DNA from: Ignavibacteriae bacterium HGW-Ignavibacteriae-1
GTDB lineage: Bacteria; Bacteroidota; Ignavibacteria; Kapaibacteriales; UBA2268
NCBI GenBank assembly: GCA_002839825.1
Contig: PGYU01000011.1
Location: 3,218-67,217 of the forward strand
Direction of reading: 5' to 3'
DNA length: 64,000 nt
The position numbers were made by a program, and so were the translations under genes. Below the pieces are notes generated by a model. It did no database searches. It saw nothing but the letters and a program-made list of their open reading frames with translations, and had not been told where the DNA came from. Positions 11,067 through 20,839 of this stretch are shown in pieces (within the stretch, counting starts at the first letter, position 1; each line of letters begins with the position of its first letter).

Positions 11067-12083
11067 CTAATCTTCAAAAAATTCTAAGGGCAATCGTCCT
11101 AATTTATAAAAGCTCAGAATCTCCCCAAAACCATATGTGTTGGCAGTTTCGGAAATATAATCAGGTTGTCTGCCGTTTTCTTTGATATATTCCAGCATTC
11201 CTTGTTGTTGCCAAAGAAAATTTTGAGGAATATTGGGGAATCTTTTTTTCAAAACACCGTAAGTATTCAGCGCCGATGTGGACCAAAACCACGAGAATAG
11301 ACTAATCCGCGAATTATCATCAGCAATACTAAGGGCTGACGGCAGCAAGCAATTCAGCACTATTTCTCGCCGCAGATGTGCGCCTTCGTTAGCAATTCGT
11401 TTTTTGATAAATCCGTGCATTGTGTCGGGAATTGAAACCGTTTCCTTGATTTCGAGAAAATTCAAAAAATCAATCATCTCCGAATTTGTCAAATTTTCCA
11501 AAATTTCATTCAATCGCTTTTCATCATACGATGGGCGTCGCCGTTTTGAAGCGTACCTTTGCAAAAAATCAGCCAAATTTGAATGAAATCCTTGGCGCAA
11601 ATCGGCGTTGTTGAACATTTTTTTAGCTTTAGCAGTCATACGGAGCAAGCGAATCAGAGCATAATTTTGCAATTCTTCGATGTCATTGGCAATATCAATT
11701 TCCGTTCGTTTCTCAGGCGGAGCGAGCAACTTAAGTTGAGTTTCATCAATCACTAAGGTTTCAAAATCTCTTTTAATCGGCGTATCGTCCTTGAATACGA
11801 TATGAATCACAACGTCATCATATTCAATATTTGTGGAGTGGGCATGGCGTAGCCAATCCGATGAGCTTCTGTGAAATTCCGCATCGCCAACAACTACGTA
11901 GCCGTTCAACAGAATTGCAATATTTTTGAGGTCGGGACCATCGTACAAATTCATCTTGCCCGGTGATAAAATTTGCAGCCGATTGTTTGATTGCGTCATA
12001 AATACTTGCGAAGGATTCGAGAGATAGGCATGAACCTTACGCAATAATTCTCTTTCGTTTTCAACTTGCATAATTTTTTCCAA
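11067..12083 (-). CDS. DUF2851 family protein
   Basis: N-terminal PG..N..DGPD, GDAEFH..SSDW..H.H, VVIHIV pattern. Confidence 0.7.
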   Translation of the reverse strand: MEKIMQVENERELLRKVHAYLSNPSQVFMTQSNNRLQILSPGKMNLYDGPDLKNIAILLNGYVVVGDAEFHRSSSDWLRHAHSTNIEYDDVVIHIVFKDDTPIKRDFETLVIDETQLKLLAPPEKRTEIDIANDIEELQNYALIRLLRMTAKAKKMFNNADLRQGFHSNLADFLQRYASKRRRPSYDEKRLNEILENLTNSEMIDFLNFLEIKETVSIPDTMHGFIKKRIANEGAHLRREIVLNCLLPSALSIADDNSRISLFSWFWSTSALNTYGVLKKRFPNIPQNFLWQQQGMLEYIKENGRQPDYISETANTYGFGEILSFYKLGRLPLEFFED

Positions 12084-12165
12084 AAGATATATTTATTAAT
12101 TTGTAAATTTACGATATACTAATGAAATTCAGTTGATTTGCTTTAATATTTGTTGTATTAATAAT

Positions 12166-13218
12166 TTAGTGATGAATAAGGGGCGATTCGAGCAATGTCA
12201 AATTCCCTTCGTTTGCGTTCATGCTTGCTTTGCACAACTGCGGAATAGTCAGCTGATTATCGGTATGCCCGAACATGAACCCGTAAAAGACCGGAATTTT
12301 CAGTTCAGCCAAGTAGCTGTCCAATACTTCGCCCAATGACATATCCCAAGTAGATTGAGTAGAGCCGGAACCGCAATCATCGCAACGCCCGAATATCAAT
12401 CCTGATATTTTAGTAAACACGCCCGCAAGCCTCAATTGATTCAACATTCGGTCTATTCGGTAAGGTGGTTCGCCAACGTCTTCAATCAGCAAAATTTTAC
12501 CGTCAAAATCAGGTTCGAATCTCGTTCCCATCAGCGAAGTCAATAATGATAAATTTGCAACGAGCGTGATTCCTTCGGCTTCGCCTGGTACAATAGTACG
12601 AGTAGGGTAGGGGTTCCGTGGCGATGAACCGGATTGAGGATTGCTCAATACAAGCGGGAAATTAACATCACCAAACACGATGTTGCGGAAATTTGTAGCC
12701 GTGTAATTGTTAAAAGATGACATGAGAACGGGTCCATGAAATGTGCTGAGTCCGGCATTTTTGTTTATTGCCAGATGCAAAGCAGTAATATCGCTATATC
12801 CGACGAAAATTTTCGGATTTTGGCGAATCAAATCATAGTCAAGCCCGTCAATCAGTCGCCCTGAGCCGTAGCCTCCTCTGGTGCAAATCACACCTTTGAT
12901 AGTGCTGTCGGCAAAAACCTCATGCAAATCTTCGATACGTTCACGGACTGAGCGCGTTTTATAACCGCTGCCCTTGGTAGTATTTTTGGCATATTTGAAA
13001 TTCAATCCCAAATACTTCAAAATTTCTTCAACTTTTGCCAAATCATCCGGCGAACTTACCGAAGTTCCGGGCGAAACAATGCCAATCGTGTCACCTGGCA
13101 CTAATTTTGCAGCTTTGATATTGGATTTTTGGGTTACATTGGCTTTTGCGATGCTTTTTGAGAGCATCAGCGAGCCGAGTGCAAGCGATGCGATGCTTAA
13201 AAATTCTTTTCTATTCAT
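12166..13218 (-). CDS. LD-carboxypeptidase (peptidase S66) with Tat-like leader
   Basis: RGGYG, GYSDIT (catalytic Ser), EDVGE, FGH; N-terminal MNRKEFL. Confidence 0.9.
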   Translation of the reverse strand: MNRKEFLSIASLALGSLMLSKSIAKANVTQKSNIKAAKLVPGDTIGIVSPGTSVSSPDDLAKVEEILKYLGLNFKYAKNTTKGSGYKTRSVRERIEDLHEVFADSTIKGVICTRGGYGSGRLIDGLDYDLIRQNPKIFVGYSDITALHLAINKNAGLSTFHGPVLMSSFNNYTATNFRNIVFGDVNFPLVLSNPQSGSSPRNPYPTRTIVPGEAEGITLVANLSLLTSLMGTRFEPDFDGKILLIEDVGEPPYRIDRMLNQLRLAGVFTKISGLIFGRCDDCGSGSTQSTWDMSLGEVLDSYLAELKIPVFYGFMFGHTDNQLTIPQLCKASMNANEGNLTLLESPLIHH

Positions 13219-13325
13219 AAAAAATTGAATATTATGAGATTATTGATTAAATTGATTATAAATATAGTGATTTTTCGATTAATTCGTTTTATTTTGTAGT
13301 ATTATTATTTGCAAATGGGTAATTT

Positions 13326-15182
13326 ATGGAACTTTTGTTACAGTATGATGTAGAATTTGACGAGGATACCCCGTTTGGTAAGGACGTAGATGCCGACCAT
13401 GCCTATTTGATGGATGCTATTGACAAAGTCGGTGGTAATCTTGACAAAGAGTTAATCAGCAAAGCTTTTTATTTTTGTGTCGAAATGCACAAGGGTAAAT
13501 ACCGCAAATCGGGCTATCCATATTATACACATCCGCTCAATGTCACTTTGTTATTGATGAATGAGTTGCAACTGCATGATTCAAATTCATTAGCGGCATG
13601 TTTGCTCCATGATACGATTGAAGATGTAGAAATCGTAAGTACGGAGATGATTACAAGCGAATTCGACGAAGATATATCAGAGATGGTGGACGGCGTAACA
13701 AAAATATCTCATTCAGAAATTATCAAACCAGAAATATATACCGAAGACAGATTGCCTCAAAACTTTAGCGAAGATACTCTGGCTGGACCTATTAAACCAA
13801 GAGTGAGCAAGGCTGAAACTTATCGAAAATTATTTATGGCACTCGTAAGAGATGCTCGTGTGATAATGATTAAACTCGCCGACAGATTGCACAATATGCG
13901 TACTCTGCACTATCTTTCGCCCAAAAAGCAAGTAGAAATCGCTCAAGAAACATTGAATTTTTACATTCCGATAGCGCATAGATTGGGCTTACTCAAAGTT
14001 AAAATGGAATTGGAAAATCGCTCATTTTACTATTCCAATCGTGAGAATTACGAAGCTATCAGGTCAGCTTTGAACGAAAAGCGTCGTGAATTTATTGATT
14101 ACATCAGGGTTTTTTCGGATTTAATCCAAAATTCGCTCGACGCACAAAATCTTAAGCATATTTTGTCTATCGTACATAAGCACGAATACGAAATCCACAA
14201 GATGACCCAAAACGGGAAATCAATAAGTGATATAGATAATTTTTATTCTGTAGTGATTATACTCCAATCCAACGACGTACACGAATGTTATCGTGCTTTG
14301 GGCGTATTGGCTAACGCATTCAATACGATTAGTTTTGTAGATTACATCGCAAAACCCAAACTTGATTGGTACAAATCTCTAAACACAGAACTCATAGGTC
14401 CCGACGGAAAACGAATCGAAATACTGATTCGCACCAAAGAGATGGATACTATTGCCGAAGAAGGCTTTGCCGCAAACTTTTCACTCAAAACCGGTAGGGT
14501 GCGAGCACTTCAATTCACCGATTCCGATATTGACGAATGGGGCGAATGGATGAAGGATATGATTGAAGAATATGGCGATAATGCTTCGCAAATTATTTGG
14601 GATTCGCTTAAAGTGAATCTCTTTGATTCGGAGCTCACAGTTTATTCGAAGGAAGGACGACAGATTTCCCTGCCAAAGGGTTCGACATTAGTGGATTATG
14701 CCTTTGTACTTTCGGACGAATATGGGTTGCATTGCGTAACAGGCAAAGTTAATGGCTCATTTCATGATTTGAACTACAAATTGAATTCCGGCGACCAAGT
14801 CGAAATCATCAAATCTGACAATGCAGTGCCGAAATTTGAGTGGCAAAAAAGCGTAGTTTCGCATAGAGCTGTGGCAATGCTCCACAAATATTTCAAACTC
14901 AATCCACCCAAAACTTTACTCAAGAAGAAGGCTGACGGCAATTACGATACCAAATTAATCATTCGTGGCGAAGATCGCGAATTGATGTTGCTCGATATTA
15001 CTGAAGCCATCGGCAAATCGAACATCAAACGTATCAATCTCGATACAGCCGATTCGATGTTCGATGGTGCACTTTCGGTCTTGGTCGAAAACGTCGAAGA
15101 ACTGAATAATATCATGGTACGCTTGCTCACAGTCAAGGGTGTGAGTGATGTCAAGAGAGTATATGAAGAAGATGAAAAATAA
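13326..15182 (+). CDS. long RelA/SpoT homologue (HD hydrolase, degenerate synthetase, TGS, ACT)
   Basis: RKSG.PY..HP, LHDTIED, KLADRLHNMRTL; TGS-like LPKGSTLVDYAF/KVNG; C-terminal ACT-like. Confidence 0.9.
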   Translation: MELLLQYDVEFDEDTPFGKDVDADHAYLMDAIDKVGGNLDKELISKAFYFCVEMHKGKYRKSGYPYYTHPLNVTLLLMNELQLHDSNSLAACLLHDTIEDVEIVSTEMITSEFDEDISEMVDGVTKISHSEIIKPEIYTEDRLPQNFSEDTLAGPIKPRVSKAETYRKLFMALVRDARVIMIKLADRLHNMRTLHYLSPKKQVEIAQETLNFYIPIAHRLGLLKVKMELENRSFYYSNRENYEAIRSALNEKRREFIDYIRVFSDLIQNSLDAQNLKHILSIVHKHEYEIHKMTQNGKSISDIDNFYSVVIILQSNDVHECYRALGVLANAFNTISFVDYIAKPKLDWYKSLNTELIGPDGKRIEILIRTKEMDTIAEEGFAANFSLKTGRVRALQFTDSDIDEWGEWMKDMIEEYGDNASQIIWDSLKVNLFDSELTVYSKEGRQISLPKGSTLVDYAFVLSDEYGLHCVTGKVNGSFHDLNYKLNSGDQVEIIKSDNAVPKFEWQKSVVSHRAVAMLHKYFKLNPPKTLLKKKADGNYDTKLIIRGEDRELMLLDITEAIGKSNIKRINLDTADSMFDGALSVLVENVEELNNIMVRLLTVKGVSDVKRVYEEDEK

Positions 15183-15360
15183 TCATCACTTTTTGTATTT
15201 TTTTTTGCAACCAATTTAGACTTCGTGTGTATTTCAAATTGTAATGTAAATTGAACGATAAAAATGCGATATTAAAAAATAATAAGCATTAAACCATTTG
15301 AAAGATTTTGAATCTAATAGATAGAACAAACAATTTTATTATTTTTTTAGGAGACTAAAT

Positions 15361-16176
15361 ATGTTAAGAAACTTGCTTATCGCTACCACAGTCGCTTTGG
15401 CACTATTTATAAGTTCATGCAGCGAATCACCGATTGCTACAGAGAACAATTCCAATTACGACTACCAATCATTTGCTATTGCTGATTTCAACCCAATAGG
15501 GTTTGAATTACAAGAAGCAACGCTCGAAACCGATTTCGCACTCACTCCGTTGATTGAAGGTGAATTTGCCAATTATGACAGATTGAAACCAAATGACAAA
15601 AGACCACCACAAATACGCAGAATGATGGCAATCGGTATGATTTTACGTCAACTTAACCTAACTGCTGAACAAATCGAGAAAGTTAAAGAGTTGATTATTG
15701 CTCACAGAGCTTGTGAAGCTGAATGGTTAAAGATGCTCCAAGAATCAAGACGCGCCATCATGATGAGCGGACAAACAGCACGCCAAGAAATCATGGCTAA
15801 ATACATATCCGGCGAAATCACTAGACAAGAAGCCGCCAGATTGATTAATCAACTTAACATGGCTCTTCGTGAACAGTTAATTAACAATCCTGTCAATGAA
15901 ACAGTTAGAGTTGCTCTTAAAGCTTGTTGGGATACTTTCATCAGTGGTCTTAAAAGCATCTTAGACGAAGAACAATTAGCACTTTTTGAAGAATGGCTCA
16001 TAAAAATTGCCAACGGTGATGGCAATATTGACGACCGCAAAAAAGACGATGATTGCGATGACGACGGCAGAGATGATCGCAGAGATGATCGCAGAGATGA
16101 TCGCAGAGATGACCGTAGAGACGACCGTAGAGACGACCGTAAAAATAATGACGACAACGATAATAACCGCGACTAA
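15361..16176 (+). CDS. lipoprotein, helical Spy/CpxP-like core with acidic/basic repeat tail
   Basis: Lipobox ISSC, LNLTAEQ and ILDEEQ motifs, (DDRR)n tail. Confidence 0.6.
   Translation: MLRNLLIATTVALALFISSCSESPIATENNSNYDYQSFAIADFNPIGFELQEATLETDFALTPLIEGEFANYDRLKPNDKRPPQIRRMMAIGMILRQLNLTAEQIEKVKELIIAHRACEAEWLKMLQESRRAIMMSGQTARQEIMAKYISGEITRQEAARLINQLNMALREQLINNPVNETVRVALKACWDTFISGLKSILDEEQLALFEEWLIKIANGDGNIDDRKKDDDCDDDGRDDRRDDRRDDRRDDRRDDRRDDRKNNDDNDNNRD
16069..16140 (+). repeat. coding tandem repeat, 6 x 12 bp (AGAGAYGAYCGY, RDDR)
   Basis: agagatgatcgc x3, agagatgaccgt, agagacgaccgt x2. Confidence 0.95.
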
Positions 16177-16192
16177 TCGCTAAGTGTATCTG

Positions 16193-16234
16193 AAAAAAGA
16201 GATTGCTCACAAAAGAGTAATCTCTTTTTTTTTT
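16193..16234 (+). terminator. intrinsic terminator
   Basis: aaaaaaagagattgctc-acaaaa-gagtaatctctttttttttt just after the stop codon. Confidence 0.8.
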
Positions 16235-16307
16235 AATGTAATTGTAATCATTTTTAATTTTTCACGTCGAATAATTTAGTAGTTAATGAATTAATCATTA
16301 GGAGTGA

Positions 16308-16886
16308 ATGATGAAAAGGATCGTATTTAGCATTTTGTTCAGTCTATTTATAGCAACTTCGGCTTTCGCACAAATCAGTATTGGTCCAAAAATAGGTTAT
16401 ACCGCTTCTAAACTATCGTTTGACCAAGATGATATTTCGAGTTCATTTAGCAGTTCTTTCCAATATGGCGTCTTTGCACGAATCGGAGAGGAATGGTTTA
16501 TACAACCTGAAATAATGATGACACAAAAGGGTGGTGTATTGACCCACAATTCAGCACAATACGGTAGCACTCACCAAACAATTGATTTGGCTGCACTATT
16601 CGGGATTTATGTTTTCGACTTCAAATTAGCGAAACTCAATGTTCAAGCCGGTCCTGTGGCTTCAATCATTACTGAAAAAGGGTTTCTGGAAATCCCTGAC
16701 GAGGTTGAGAGAGCTGAATACAATGATGCAATGTGGGCTATGCAGTTTGGTCTGGGACTTGACGTGCTGATGTTAACGCTCGATGTCCGCTATGAGTTAG
16801 GTATGAGCAGTGTGTACAGTGGAGATTTCAATGCCAAGAACTCTCTGATTCAAGTTACTGTGGGATGGAAACTCTTCTCATTTTAA
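16308..16886 (+). CDS. outer-membrane beta-barrel protein
   Basis: Signal peptide, IGPKIG, IQPE, LDVRYELG, terminal aromatic residue. Confidence 0.8.
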   Translation: MMKRIVFSILFSLFIATSAFAQISIGPKIGYTASKLSFDQDDISSSFSSSFQYGVFARIGEEWFIQPEIMMTQKGGVLTHNSAQYGSTHQTIDLAALFGIYVFDFKLAKLNVQAGPVASIITEKGFLEIPDEVERAEYNDAMWAMQFGLGLDVLMLTLDVRYELGMSSVYSGDFNAKNSLIQVTVGWKLFSF

Positions 16887-16911
16887 GAAAAAGTTTGATA
16901 TTTTGGATACG

Positions 16912-16944
16912 ACAGAGACTTTTGACTTAAAAAGTCTCTGTTTC
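16912..16944 (+). terminator. intrinsic terminator
   Basis: acagagacttttga-ct-taaaaagtctctgt then ttt. Confidence 0.65.
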
Positions 16945-17109
16945 TATGTTAATTGATGGTTAAATGGTTCCAACAATATCATAAAAGCATTATTAAACTT
17001 TAGGATTTGTAAAAAATTTGTTATTTTTACAGTCTAATTAGTTACATAATTAATAAATGATAAACCAACAAATTATCAACAAGTTTAAAAACAATATCGG
17101 AGAAATTTC

Positions 17110-18609
17110 GTGAAAAAAATAGCCCTTTCAATTTTGATGCTTATAGTAGGCACAATCGCTTTCCAGGGTTTTCAATGCGCTTCGAGAAATATGACTACTG
17201 CAAAAGTCGCTTATAACAACAGAGACTATGACAAATCTATAGAATATCTGAAAATGGAATTGGCTGCTAACCCTGCAAATGGTGAAGCATATGTCTTACT
17301 GACAGAAATTTACATGACAAAGAATGAATTCGCCTTAGCGGCGGAATCTGCTCAAAAAGCTTTGAAAAGCAACATTGACGAAACCCAACGGAACACTATG
17401 AAAATCCGCATGAACCAGATTTGGGTTGAAGCTTATAATCGCGGCGTCGAAAGCTATTCAAAATACTTAGAAACTAAAGAAAAAGTCCACATTGACAAAG
17501 CAATGGCATATTTCGACCTTGGGATTTCAATCAGACCAGAAATTACAGATTTCTACAATTTCAAAGGTTCTGCATACGAAGTCATGGGCGACACTTTGAA
17601 AGCTTTGCAACAATATGAACTATTTGTCGAAAAATCCATGCCCGACATAACTTTTGCGAAAAACAACGGATTTTATTACGACATGACTCGTAGAACTGTG
17701 AATGAAAAATTGGGCAAGCCCAAAGACAGCCAAGTGAAATCAACTCCAAAAGGCGATACGACAATCATTGACCATTTTGTAATCAATGACAAAGATTTGT
17801 ACTTGTTTTATGACCAAGACAAAGCCAATTTCATGCTAAAAGGATGGAGACATGACCCTCCGATGGAAAGGCTTGAAGTAGAACGTTCACAGAGATTCAA
17901 TATGAATACAACTCCAATCAGAGCATTGGCGCAACTTCATTATGTACGTAAAGAATTCGATGCATCGCTAAAATATATACAATTATTTGCCCAAATTGAA
18001 CCTACAAACCCCGAAGCGAACACTTCATTAGTTGCACTTTACCAAGAATTAGGTAAAACAGACGATGCACTCAAATCAGTTGAGGAACTTACTAAATCTG
18101 ACCCTAAGAACAAATACGCTTGGGCACAATATGGCGACTTGCTCCAAAATATGAGCCGCTATCAAGAGTCTATTCAAAAGTATGAAAAAGCTTTGGAAAT
18201 TGATCCAAATTACGAATTTGTTCTTCGCAATATAGCATCGGCTTATAAAAATTTAGCGGGCGACGTTCAGCGCAAACAACAGGAAAAAATTGAAGCCGAC
18301 TCAAAGTACCAGCCCGATTATGAAGAGTATTTTCCTCATTTGAGAAAATCAGCCGAATACTTTTCGAGAGCGATGAAAACATCCGAATTTGCAAGTGATT
18401 TCCAAGTTATGGGCGAATTGGCAAATATTTACACTGTGCTCGACCAAGCCAATGAATTGAAGCAAATTTTGAACAAACTCGAAGCTATTGAAAGCACGGT
18501 CCCAAAAAACAAAAGAGACCAATACTATCTCATACTGATGAAAATTTATGGCGATTTGAAAGAATCACAAAAATTGCAAGAAGTAAGAGCCAAATACGAC
18601 AATTTATAA
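17110..18609 (+). CDS. exported TPR-repeat protein
   Basis: Signal/lipoprotein-like N-terminus (GFQC), TPR-like helices such as YEKALEIDPN. Confidence 0.8.
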   Translation: MKKIALSILMLIVGTIAFQGFQCASRNMTTAKVAYNNRDYDKSIEYLKMELAANPANGEAYVLLTEIYMTKNEFALAAESAQKALKSNIDETQRNTMKIRMNQIWVEAYNRGVESYSKYLETKEKVHIDKAMAYFDLGISIRPEITDFYNFKGSAYEVMGDTLKALQQYELFVEKSMPDITFAKNNGFYYDMTRRTVNEKLGKPKDSQVKSTPKGDTTIIDHFVINDKDLYLFYDQDKANFMLKGWRHDPPMERLEVERSQRFNMNTTPIRALAQLHYVRKEFDASLKYIQLFAQIEPTNPEANTSLVALYQELGKTDDALKSVEELTKSDPKNKYAWAQYGDLLQNMSRYQESIQKYEKALEIDPNYEFVLRNIASAYKNLAGDVQRKQQEKIEADSKYQPDYEEYFPHLRKSAEYFSRAMKTSEFASDFQVMGELANIYTVLDQANELKQILNKLEAIESTVPKNKRDQYYLILMKIYGDLKESQKLQEVRAKYDNL

Positions 18610-18628
18610 TCTATATACGGGATTTGAT

Positions 18629-18955
18629 ATGAATGATAAAAATGAACCTAAACAACAACAAATAAATATCGAGTTGGGCGAAAAAGAAGCCGAAGGTATT
18701 TATTCAAATTTGGCAATTATTTCACATTCGCCTGCCGAGTTTATTGTGGACTTTACGAGAGTCTTACCGGGTGTACCAAAAGCAAAAGTACACGCAAGAA
18801 TTATTATGACACCACAACATGCAAAATTGCTCATGAGAGCATTGCATGACAATATTGCACGATTCGAGAACACACACGGCGAAATCACCATTGACAATCC
18901 CAACAATTTGAACAATTTCCCCGGTTTTATCGGAGGCAGCCCGAAGGTGAATTAA
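18629..18955 (+). CDS. DUF3467 family protein
   Basis: AEGIYSNLAIISHSPAEFIVDF, RIIMTPQHAK. Confidence 0.9.
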   Translation: MNDKNEPKQQQINIELGEKEAEGIYSNLAIISHSPAEFIVDFTRVLPGVPKAKVHARIIMTPQHAKLLMRALHDNIARFENTHGEITIDNPNNLNNFPGFIGGSPKVN

Positions 18956-18996
18956 CCCGAAGGCAATGATAGTGTTCAAGAAAAACAATATTCAAC

Positions 18997-19056
18997 GTCA
19001 TTCCAAATGTTTCGGTCAAAAATCGAAATGAAACGTTTGGGATGACATTTTTTTTG
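18997..19056 (+). terminator. hairpin / intrinsic terminator
   Basis: gtcattccaaatgtttc...gaaacgtttgggatgac followed by a T run. Confidence 0.6.
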
Positions 19057-19104
19057 CATAAATTGCATATATAAATTGGCTTATTAACTAAAATCGGAAA
19101 TAAA

Positions 19105-20832
19105 ATGTACAAAGGAAATTATGTTCTAATCCTGCATACTCATCTGCCCTGGGTTTTGCATCATGGCAAATCTCCCCACGGAGTGGATTGGCTGAACGAA
19201 GCTGTGGCAGAATGTTATATCCCGCTGCTAAATGTTTTTAACGATTTAGTAGCCGAAGGTATTTCGCCCAATGTTACACTCGATATTTCCCCTGTTCTTT
19301 GCGAACAACTTGAGCATCCCGATTTCAAGAAAATATTCATTGATTATTGTGACGAAAAAATTGCAGCTGCTCAAAGGGACAAAATCGAATTTACTTCCCG
19401 TGGATACGACCCGCACCATATTTGGTTGACACAATTTTGGGAAGATTGGTTCAGAGAACGCAAAACTGAATTCACAGATAAATATGATATGTCTATTATA
19501 AAAGGATTGAAGAAATTGCAGGATGATGGTCATATCGAAGTAATGACATGCGGTGCCACTCACGGCTATTTCCCGATGCTCGGATTTGATAGAAGTGTGA
19601 ATTTGCAAGTCAAGGCTGCCGTAGAAAATTACAAAAAGCACTTTGGCAGAGAGCCTCGCGGCACATGGTTGCCCGAGTGTGCCTATCGCCCGGCTTATGA
19701 ATGGCAATCTTACCTTCCGGTGGCACCATTTAACGAAAAGAAATTACGCGCCGGAGTTGAGCAAATTATTGCCTTGCACGGCATAAAATATTTTGTCACT
19801 GATGAAAATTTATTGCTCAAGTCTGTCCCATTAGGCAAATTTACAGACAAGGAAAACGACGTTTTTGTGCCTGTCAATTCTCCATCATTCCAACATACTG
19901 CTTGGAATTTCGACAAATCATCGCTTAGATTGTACGAAGTAAGTTCGGGAGTCGAAACTCAATATGGCACTGCTGCTGCATTTGTGCGTCATCAAGATAT
20001 TTCGATGCAAGTCTGGAGTGGCGAAGTCGGCTATCCCGGGCAAGCGGATTACTTAGACTTCCACAAAAAGCACGTTGATTCGGGCTTGAGATATTGGCGA
20101 GTGACAGATACAAAAGCCGATATGATGTATAAGACACTCTATCATACCGATTGGACTTTTGATAAGATTGATTTGCAGACAAATCATTTCATTCATCATA
20201 TCGAAAACGCTTTGAATTATTACCACAACATCACCGGAATGTTTGGGACTTTGTGCACTCCGTTCGATACTGAGCTATTTGGTCATTGGTGGTTCGAGGG
20301 ACCTCTTTTCATCAAATCTTTGCTCAAAGGTATGCATAATTCTCCGCACACCAAAGCGGCAACAGCTTGGGAGCAATATAACAAAATCAACCCGACCGAA
20401 GTTATCAAATTGCCTGAAGGTTCGTGGGGCGAAGGCAACAGCCACGAAGTATGGTCGAATGATGACAATAATTGGACCTGGGAAGCAATTTATAATAATG
20501 AATTGAGATTAAGCAAAATATACGAAAGCAATTCGATTCCTGATTTGGGAGCCTTGCAAAGAAGAATCTTGACTCAGGCATTGAGAGAACTAATGCTGCT
20601 CCAATCTTCGGATTGGCAATTCTTGATTTATACACGTTCGGCACAAGATTATGCCGAGCAAAGATTTGTATATCATCATTCCGATTTTAATAAATTATGC
20701 GACCTATTTGAAAATTATGCAGGAAAATCTGAAATCGAAATGAACGATGAGCTATATTTGCGCGAAACAGAAGAACGCAATTCCATCTTCCCGGAGTTGA
20801 ATCCGGAATGGTGGGCGGAACCATTTAGTTAA
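19105..20832 (+). CDS. GH57 1,4-alpha-glucan branching enzyme (DUF1957)
   Basis: HTHLP, ATHGY, WLPECAY nucleophile, DTELFGHWWFEG, QSSDW. Confidence 0.92.
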   Translation: MYKGNYVLILHTHLPWVLHHGKSPHGVDWLNEAVAECYIPLLNVFNDLVAEGISPNVTLDISPVLCEQLEHPDFKKIFIDYCDEKIAAAQRDKIEFTSRGYDPHHIWLTQFWEDWFRERKTEFTDKYDMSIIKGLKKLQDDGHIEVMTCGATHGYFPMLGFDRSVNLQVKAAVENYKKHFGREPRGTWLPECAYRPAYEWQSYLPVAPFNEKKLRAGVEQIIALHGIKYFVTDENLLLKSVPLGKFTDKENDVFVPVNSPSFQHTAWNFDKSSLRLYEVSSGVETQYGTAAAFVRHQDISMQVWSGEVGYPGQADYLDFHKKHVDSGLRYWRVTDTKADMMYKTLYHTDWTFDKIDLQTNHFIHHIENALNYYHNITGMFGTLCTPFDTELFGHWWFEGPLFIKSLLKGMHNSPHTKAATAWEQYNKINPTEVIKLPEGSWGEGNSHEVWSNDDNNWTWEAIYNNELRLSKIYESNSIPDLGALQRRILTQALRELMLLQSSDWQFLIYTRSAQDYAEQRFVYHHSDFNKLCDLFENYAGKSEIEMNDELYLRETEERNSIFPELNPEWWAEPFS

Positions 20833-20839
20833 TATTTGT

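Noticed and set aside
15849-16210. Minus-strand ORFs with SSLR / CDHL repeats
   Set aside because: Antisense readings of the DDRR repeat.
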